From contig NIVC01002195.1 of NCBI GenBank assembly GCA_002269645.1, forward strand, positions 1-27,358: a DNA stretch of 27,358 nucleotides, in the 5' to 3' direction. Of this stretch, positions 11,449 to 19,892 are shown in pieces. The notes below the pieces were generated by a model that saw only the letters and a list, made by a program, of their open reading frames with translations, had not been told where the DNA came from and made no database searches. Numbering within the stretch: position 1 is the stretch's first letter; the number at the start of each line of letters is the position of its first letter. The DNA is from Macrostomum lignano. Its lineage: Eukaryota. The position numbers and the translations under genes are program-made.

Positions 11449-11489
11449 GTTGCCATGGCAATGCGTTTTGGTTGCCATGGCAACCAAAA
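11449..11489. promoter_or_regulatory. Two adjacent RFX X-box-like palindromes
   Basis: GTTGCCATGGCAAT (11449-11462) and GTTGCCATGGCAAC (11471-11484), the latter inside a 24-bp perfect palindrome (11466-11489). The motif match is clear; function is not shown. Confidence 0.4.
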
Positions 11490-12961
11490 ACTGCGTTTTT
11501 TCGACTTTGTCAAAAACTTTGATCTCAAAAAATAAGGATTGAGAATATGGCAGCGCTTAGCGGGCTGGCTCAGTAAACGCGGGCATTCGAACGCTACAAT
11601 GATCAGAAATGGATTTTTTTATTGTACTTTAACGTCTAGGCTAAAAGTACAAAAAACGTGTTTTTTGAGGTCGAAAAATTGGCATTTTTTCCAACTTTGC
11701 CTCACCGCAGCGAAAAGGACGCGCGATAGCGCGGCCTTTGAGCTGCCTCATAGCGTCAATAACACCTGGGGCTGTTTGATGCGCTATAGTTTTTAGGGCT
11801 AAAATGTACTTTTCACATGGCTGCCTATCTGCACTTTAAAAGTACAAATTTTTAGTGCACTTTTGTGAGGCCTATCTCGTCGAGATTAAAAACTTTATTT
11901 TTTAATATTTCTACACCAAATTACTCAAATAGATGTCTTCTATTCGGAAACATCGAGATTTGGCTTATTGGGCCATCAATAACCTGCTCAGGTGCCAAAG
12001 AGTGCCTAAAAACGACATTTTCAAAAAATTGGGTCACGTTTTAAAAAAGTAGTCCTCAAACTTGAAAAAGTGTTTTATGCTACAGTGGTGAGACTTTAAC
12101 ACGATGTGTCAAACATATGGAAATTTGTTTTCCTAAATTTTCTAAGCATTTGGACCTACCTGTGCTGAGCAGTGACCCGAAAACCAGGGAAAAAAGAGGC
12201 CGGGGGCACTGCAGAAAATCAGACGTTGTTAAGGAAATTTTTTTAAAATGGGGCAAAGTTTTTCGAGTATGGCGTCAAATTGTAGCCCATCGGATGCCCT
12301 TTTGAATGACATAAGACACTCCTGAAAAAACCCCTGTTAACAGGTACTTTTTACCTGTTAAGTGAAAAACGGCCCATTTTGGGGTACAAACTTTGAAGTG
12401 GAAAAATAAGAAATTTTGCGCACCGATTTTTCTGCATTTTCAATATTGTTTAGTCGAATAGATGAAGTTACACCGGTCATACGCCAATATGGCTGGAAAA
12501 TTCGTATTTTTGAGAAAATTGGCTCCGAATTTTGAGAAGGCTATTTTTGGGCAAATTTTGAGCATACTTTTGCTAATAACTCTGCATTGGCAAGGCCTAG
12601 AGACTCAATTTTGGTGTCTAAAAACAGCACTATGGATGCACTGTGCAACTAAATTAGTTTTGAAAACTGATTCTTAAGTTAATAGGTCTTAATACCTGTT
12701 TGAATACCTGTCAGAACAGGTGAAAATGCACAATTTGGCGCCTAGGAGGCGTAAAATTTGTTGACATACTTTAAAAATGCATTAGATGAATGCGCCTTGA
12801 TGTTATCTCTGTAACGACATGCGACTCGCATTTTTAGATGAAGGCGCTGCGATGCAGCGAGCAGAAATGTATGAAAAAGCAGCAAAAATCGTAAAAGTGG
12901 CTACCATAGGGAATATTCGATATAAACGGCGTGCACTGTAGAGCTTCGCTTAAGTAAGAGA

Positions 12962-13038
12962 TGGATCGGGGCCGAAGGCAGTTGCTTTGTAAATGGCCTA
13001 AACACGGGTTCGAATCCCAAGTGGGCCAAGTTTTTTTT
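12962..13038 (+). other. tRNA-derived/SINE-like fragment (Pol III B-box + oligo-T)
   Basis: GGGTTCGAATCCC T-arm/B-box at 13006-13018 and T8 at 13031-13038. There is no clean A-box or cloverleaf. Confidence 0.3.
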
Positions 13039-13304
13039 ATATTTAATTTTTTAGCAGGAACGGATTTATTAGTATTTTCAATTCTCTTTCACTTGAATAT
13101 AATTTAATATTGATTGTTTAATTTTCCTTTCCTTCTATACCTTATTAAAGAGTAAGAGTGAAGCTGAAAGTGCGGCACAGATGATTTGTTAGTGCAGAAA
13201 GAATATTACGATACATATCGGCAAGTATCATGTGTTGCGCGGTCGCCAAAGGCTTACAAGCAGTTTTAGCATGCTAAAAAGATGTGTTAGAGGTGGGAAA
13301 AGTT

Positions 13305-13620
13305 GCGGAGGGGTGGGGTGGGGGAGCGGGGGTGTGGGGGCGGCAGCCCCCACGTTACGCAAACCCCACAACAACAACCACCCTCCCCAACAACAATGTG
13401 CGGGAGGGGTGGGGGAGCGGGGGTGTGGGGGCGGCAGCCCCCACGTTACGCAAACCCCACAACAACAACCACCCTCCCCAACAACAACGCGCGGAGGGGT
13501 GGGGGAGCGGGGGTGTGGGGGCGGCAGCCCCCACGTTACGCAAACCCCACAACAACAACCACCCTCCCCAACAACAACGCGCGGAGGGGTGGGGGAGCGG
13601 GGGTGTGGGGGCGGCCAGCC
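13305..13620. repeat. ~90-bp tandem repeat, ~3.5 copies, with G/C hairpin core
   Basis: Core GTGGGGG-CGGCAG-CCCCCAC at 13341, 13432, 13522 and 13612 (90-91 bp spacing). Confidence 0.95.
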
Positions 13621-16600
13621 CTCCACTATACCACTAGACAAACTAATGCCAGGGGCGTGGGGGCGGCCAACTCCCCACTATACCACTAGAGAAACTAATG
13701 CCAGGGGTGTGGGGGCGGCCAGCCCCCACTATACCACTAGACTAACTAATGCCAGTGGCGTGGGGGCGGCCAGCCCCCACTATACCACTAGACTAACTAA
13801 TGCCAGGGGCGTGGGGGGCGGCCAGCCCCCACTATACCACTAGAGAAACTAATGCCAGGGGCGTGGGGGGCGGCCAGCCCCCACTATACCACTAGACTAA
13901 TAAATGCCAGGGGCGTGGGGGCGGCCAGCCCCCTACTATACCACTAGACTAACTAATGCCAGGGGCGTGGGGGGCGGCCAGCCCCCACTATACCACTAGA
14001 CTAACTAATGCCAGGGGCGTGGGGGGCGGCCAGCCCCCACTATACCACTAGACTAACTAATGCCAGGGGCGTGGGGGTGGCCAGCCCCCACTATACCACT
14101 AGACTAACTAATGCCAGGGGCGTGGGGGGCGGCAAGCCCCCACTATACCACTTAGACTAACTAATGCCAGGGGCGTGGGGGCGGCCAGCCCCCACTATAC
14201 CACTAGACTAACTAATGCCAGGGGCGTGGGGGCGGCCAGCCCCCCTATACCACTAGACTAACTAATGCCAGGGGCGTGGGGGGCGGCCAGCCCCCTACTA
14301 TACCACTAGACTAACTAATGCCAGGTGTGTGGGGGGCGGCCAGCCCCCCACTATACCACTATACCACTAGACTAACTAATGCCAGGGGCGTGGGGGGCGG
14401 CCAGCCCCCCACTATACCACTTAGACTAACTAATGCCAGGGGCGTGGGGGGCGGCGAGCCCCCCACTATACCACTAGACTAATAAATGCCAGGGGCGTGG
14501 GGGGCGGCCAGCCCCCCACTATACCACTAGACTAACTAATGCCAGGGGCGTGGGGGGTGGCCAGCCCCCCACTATACCACTAGACTAACTAATGCCAGGG
14601 GCGTGGGGGGCGGCCAGCCCCCCACTATACCACTTAGACTAACTAATGCCAGGGGCGTGGGGGCGGCCAGCCCCCACTATACCACTAGACTAACTAATGC
14701 CAGGGGCGTGGGGGGCGGCCAGCCCCCACTATACCACTAGACTAACTAATGCCAGGGGCGTGGGGGCGGCCAGCCCCCCACTATACCACTTAGACTAACT
14801 AATGCCAGGGGCGTGGGGGGCGGCCAGCCCCCCACTATACCACTAGACTAACTAATGCCAGGGGCGTGGGGGGCGGCCAGCCCCCCACTATACCACTAGA
14901 CTAACTAATGCCAGGGGCGTGGGGGGCGGCCAGCCCCCCACTATACCACTAGACTAACTAATGCCAGGGGCGTGGGGGGTGGCCAGCCCCCCACTATACC
15001 ACTAGACTAACTAATGCCAGGGGCGTGGGGGGCGGCAAGCCCCCCACTATACCACTTAGACTAACTAATGCCAGGGGCGTGGGGGCGGCCAGCCCCCACT
15101 ATACCACTAGACTAACTAATGCCAGGGGCGTGGGGGGCGGCCAGCCCCCCACTATACCACTAGACTAACTAATGCCAGGGGCGTGGGGGGCGGCCAGCCC
15201 CCTACTATACCACTAGACTAACTAATGCCAGGTGTGTGGGGGGCGGCCAGCCCCCACTATACCACTATACCACTAGACTAACTAATGCCAGGGGCGTGGG
15301 GGCGGCCAGCCCCCACTATACCACTTAGACTAACTAATGCCAGGGGCGTGGGGGGCGGCGAGCCCCCACTATACCACTAGACTAATAAATGCCAGGGGCG
15401 TGGGGGGCGGCCAGCCCCCACTATACCACTAGACTAACTAATGCCAGGGGCGTGGGGGTGGCCAGCCCCCACTATACCACTAGACTAACTAATGCCAGGG
15501 GCGTGGGGGCGGCCAGCCCCCACTATACCACTTAGACTAACTAATGCCAGGGGCGTGGGGGCGGCCAGCCCCCCACTATACCACTAGACTAACTAATGCC
15601 AGGGGCGTGGGGGGCGGCCAGCCCCCACTATACCACTAGACTAACTAATGCCAGGGGCGTGGGGGCGGCCAGCCCCCCACTATACCACTTAGACTAACTA
15701 ATGCCAGGGGCGTGGGGGGCGGCCAGCCCCCCACTATACCACTAGACTAACTAATGCCAGGGGCGTGGGGGCGGCCAGCCCCCCACTATACCACTAGACT
15801 AACTAATGCCAGGGGCGTGGGGGGGCCAGCCCCCCACTATACCACTAGACTAACTAATGCCAGGGGCGTGGGGGGTGGCCAGCCCCTACTATACCACTAG
15901 ACTAACTAATGCCAGGTGTGTGGGGGGCGGCCAGCCCCCCACTATACCACTATACCACTAGACTAACTAATGCCAGGGGCGTGGGGGGCGGCCAGCCCCC
16001 ACTATACCACTTAGACTAACTAATGCCAGGGGCGTGGGGGGCGGCGAGCCCCCCACTATACCACTAGACTAATAAATGCCAGGGGCGTGGGGGGCGGCCA
16101 GCCCCCCACTATACCACTAGACTAACTAATGCCAGGGGCGTGGGGGGTGGCCAGCCCCCCACTATACCACTAGACTAACTAATGCCAGGGGCGTGGGGGG
16201 CGGCCAGCCCCCCACTATACCACTTAGACTAACTAATGCCAGGGGCGTGGGGGGCGGCCAGCCCCCCACTATACCACTAGACTAACTAATGCCAGGGGCG
16301 TGGGGGCGGCCAGCCCCCACTATACCACTAGACTAACTAATGCCAGGGGCGTGGGGGGCGGCCAGCCCCCACTATACCACTTAGACTAACTAATGCCAGG
16401 GGCGTGGGGGGCGGCCAGCCCCCCACTATACCACTAGACTAACTAATGCCAGGGGCGTGGGGGGCGGCCAGCCCCCCACTATACCACTAGACTAACTAAT
16501 GCCAGGGGCGTGGGGGGCGGCCAGCCCCCCACTATACCACTAGACTAACTAATGCCAGGGGCGCTGGGGGTGGCCAGCCCCCCACTATACCACTAGACTA

Positions 16601-17370
16601 ACTAATGCCAGGGGCGTGGGGGGTGGCCAGCCCCCCACTATACCACTAGACTAACTAATGCCAGGGGCGTGGGGGGCGGCCAGCCCCCCACTATACCACT
16701 AGACTAACTAATGCCAGGGGCGTGGGGGCGGCCAGCCCCCACTATACCACTAGACTAACTAATGCCAGGGGCGTGGGGGGCGGCTAGCCCCCCCACTATA
16801 CCACTATACCACTAGACTAACTAATGCCAGGGGCGTGGGGGGCGGCCAGCCCCCCACTATACCACTAGACTAACTAATGCCAGGGGCGTGGGGGCGGCCA
16901 GCCCCCCACTATACCACTAGACTAACTAATGCCAGGGGCGTGGGGGGCGGCCAGCCCCCCACTATACCACTAGACTAACTAATGCCAGGGGCGTGGGGGG
17001 CGGCCAGCCACCCACTATACCACTAGACTAACTAATGCCAGGGGCGTGGGGGGTGGCCAGCCCCCCACTATACCACTTAGACTAACTAATGCCAGGGGCG
17101 TGGGGGGCGGCGAGCCCCCCACTATACCACTAGACTAATAAATGCCAGGGGCGTGGGGGCGGCCAGCCCCCCACTATACCACTAGACTAACAAATGCCAG
17201 GGGCGTGGGGGGCGGCCAGCCCCCCACTATACCACTAGACTAACTAATGCCAGGGGCGTGGGGGCGGCCAGCCCCCCACTATACCACTAGACTAACTAAT
17301 GCCAGGGGCGTGGGGGCGGCCAGTCCCCACTATACCACTAGACTAACTAATGCCAGGAGCGTGGGGGGCT
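13600..17370. repeat. ~53-bp satellite, ~70 copies, each unit a GC hairpin followed by CTAG
   Basis: Unit GGGGCGTGGGGGGCGGCCAGCCCCCCACTATACCACTAGACTAACTAATGCCA. Length varies mainly in the G/C homopolymers. Confidence 0.98.
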
Positions 17371-17439
17371 TTTTAGCTCTCAATTTAGGTTAAATAAATA
17401 GATGTCATAGCCATAAACAATAATGGACACAATATAAAC

Positions 17440-17482
17440 CATCGTCCCACCTTTGAAGACGACAGCGTCTTCATTCACTAGT
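17440..17482 (+). mobile_element. Helitron-like 3' terminal module, copy 2
   Basis: CATCGTCCCAC, hairpin 17454-17473, CTAG 17478-17481, then T. It shares 48 identical bp with copy 1 (11166-11213 vs 17436-17483) while the upstream sequences differ. Confidence 0.75.
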
Positions 17483-17539
17483 TTGTGGTTTGGTAGCCCA
17501 ACTTTGATGTGCAAACTTATTGATTTGTTGTTAAACGGG

Positions 17540-18660
17540 GATGGAAAGCCAGGGGCTTACCGTGGATCAGTCCGAAAGGGAAGGGGGCTCTACCGCAAGG
17601 ATCTGAAAGGGCCATACTGCCAGGGGCATATAGCCTGAGAGGCTACAGATTGGGACCAGAGCTCAGGACTCTGGTGAGAGCCTAGTGAATTGGTGCTTTT
17701 ACTAGCCCAACTAGCCCAAACCTACGATACAAGACACCGCCAACCCAAAAAGGGGAATCAGGGATGGTGCTAGGACCGAGTCCACCCAGGCATCCATCCA
17801 GCAGACAAGTCCTTGGGAGTGCGCAGAAAAAATTGGAATTAGCGAAAAAAGCTTGGGTTACTACTAAAAGCGGTCCGAGAGCGGGGAAACCCCGAAGTCT
17901 ACGAAAATGGCTTAATTATTGGAGCGAGTCTGGAAGGCTTGTATCTGAGGGCGAGACTCCAGGCAGGAAGACCGTCTACCGGCTACAAGCCCAAGGGTAT
18001 CGCCTATCCAGCTCAATATTGGAGGCCAGGCCAAGGGGTCGGGAAGGGGCACAAGGGGCAAGAGGACCCGAACTCAGCCGGTATCCCCGAATCGGGCGAA
18101 CTCATTCCCCAGGACACCAGTCCACTGTCAGGATGAGAGCCAGAGACACTTAGGCAGGGAGACAACCAGAGGAGCCAGCAGATGGACCAAGGACAGCGCA
18201 GGATGGACCGGGCAAGGAGGGCAGAGCTCATAACTCCGGAGAATTGGAGCGACAATCTAAGGCCTTACATTAATAAAACCAGTACAGTAATGGGGATAAA
18301 AACAGGACGGAGGAGCACCTGAACCCTACTAGCAGGTGGAGGGACCCTGCTTCCCGGGGCTCAGCCTCAGGGCTGGCATCAACTGGGCTCTACCGTACAC
18401 CTTCGTGAAATGGTCATTCTTTCCTGCAGGGCGGGTACTAGCCACACTGCAGTCCAGAGTACACTCACTCCAGGTACACCCCCCTAAACCAAGGCCGAGG
18501 GCCAAATAATTGGAATGCACGAAAAAGAATGGTTGGGATTATTTTTAGAATGGGCACAGCCCCTCCGGGGCGGACCCTTAGAAATTGGGCTAGCCGAAGC
18601 CAGGCCAATCGGATTGCGCACAACCCTTAGGACAAGCTACCAGAGAGGCAGCCAGGGTAA
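17540..18660 (+). pseudogene. GC-richer, coding-like degenerate segment, possibly a retroelement remnant
   Basis: Composition differs from the flanks, with long reading stretches broken by isolated stops (..KGPYCQGH..EPSELVLLL..GKPRSLRKWLNYW..TVYRLQ..). Only a weak resemblance to the LTR-retrotransposon integrase C-terminus; no catalytic motif seen. Confidence 0.3.
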
Positions 18661-19424
18661 AAACAGTCAAATACATGTACGCGTATGAACGCATAGTAAG
18701 TGTGTACCTGTATACAACTCTCTTTTCGTAGTCACTCGGCCGATGCAAAAAGCAAAATTTTCAGTGTGGCACAATGCACAAATATAGGTATAAAACTCCA
18801 AAGTTGGAGCCATAGTAGTGGCTGCCTTAATTGAATTCAAGTTTTGTTTTTTTTTATTTCAAAGACGAAATTTAGGTCTTGCCATTTTTGGCTGATGAAA
18901 TTGTTATCGAAACGACTGTTCATGTATACAATGTACATTAAGATGCAAGTTCGTCAAAAAAGAATTCTTAACTTTTAAAACCAGAGTCTCAAATTTCACA
19001 AATAAATAAACACTTTAACTCACAACTTTACCCTACAGAAGCAGTATTTATCTTGTATGCATATTGAAAAGCTATAAATCAGAACACATGATGAGCAGAC
19101 CTGGCCCCCCCTCCGGTATATTGAATACGCCAGTAGTATTTTAAAAGACATTTATTTGTATTTTTAATTTTCATAATCGGCTCAAGAAAAAACAAAAATT
19201 TTTTGGAAAAAACAAGAATTGACATACAAACTAGCTATTAGATTTATCAGCAAGCTATCCGCAGGCATGTGCAAACTAAATAAATGTAAATATTAGCAAT
19301 CAGTCATCAAAAGTCTAACAGCATTCTAAAATACCTGACAGGGGAACAGTGTGTATAAAAGGCATAACTAAACTTGCACAGTGCGCAAACCAAACAGCCT
19401 TGATAAGCTGTCGACCTGTTTGTA

Positions 19425-19430
19425 TTTATT
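19425..19430 (-). promoter_or_regulatory. Candidate polyadenylation signal for DNAJB12/14
   Basis: AATAAA on the minus strand ~350 bp after the stop. The region is AT-rich, so a chance match is possible. Confidence 0.3.
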
Positions 19431-19776
19431 TTCTAGGCAAATTGAAGATCAATCATCAAGACAGGTATCAAAAAAGGTTAATGCAAATGTTTACTTAACC
19501 AAAACAACACTTTCAGTCCAATTCACGGAAAGCAAAAAGGGAAATTTTCTGTTGGATAAAAATTTATAGGCCAATAAGACTTACACAAATATATACTTTA
19601 CGGAAAAAAACAATCTTTTAAACAAATTAAAATTCGGATACACCAATGGTGGTGATTGAGAAAAAAGTACTGTACAGATTAGTCCAAACGCCAGGCTCAG
19701 TGTATGAAAACCAATTAATAATTATCCATAGCTACGTAGAAAGGGAAAGCCTGGTTGCTATGACAACCCGGCGGGC

Positions 19777-19892
19777 TTAGCCGCCGCCAAACACTGATTC
19801 GAAAGTTTCACAGCTTGGAGTTTGCAATTCCGTTGCCTTTTGATAGGCCCGACTGTCGGAGTAGAACTGCGCCCGGTGCATCATTGACATCT
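19777..19892 (-). CDS. DNAJB12: DNAJB12/14 exon 5 (116 nt; not in ORF track)
   Basis: CCCCACCCCGCCAG|AG ATG..; (K)[37 protein letters not shown]; TAA at 19779-19777. Confidence 0.88.

Larger units (their letters stand above)
11213..17482 (+). mobile_element. Putative non-autonomous HLE2/Helentron-type element (~6.27 kb) with asymmetric subterminal IRs and an internal satellite
   Basis: Begins T-GTGGGACGATG (11214-11224), the exact reverse complement of CATCGTCCCAC (17440-17450), which is followed by the hairpin and CTAGT. A 5' stem ATAGAAAAAAA/TTTTTTTCTAT lies at 11239-11277. Both boundaries are T|T. No coding capacity was recognised. Confidence 0.65.

Noticed and set aside
13228-13843. Overlapping G/P-rich ORFs of 67-203 aa
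   Set aside because: Arise from the 90- and 53-bp repeats in several frames on both strands.
13600-17370. CRISPR-like or ribozyme (retrozyme) array
   Set aside because: No unique spacers, eukaryotic context, and no hammerhead core (CTGATGA..GAAA) or HDV-like fold seen in the monomer.
17764-17781. TGGTGCTAGGACCGAGTC as an LTR primer-binding site
   Set aside because: Poor match to tRNA 3' ends beyond TGGTGC, and no flanking LTR or TG..CA identified.
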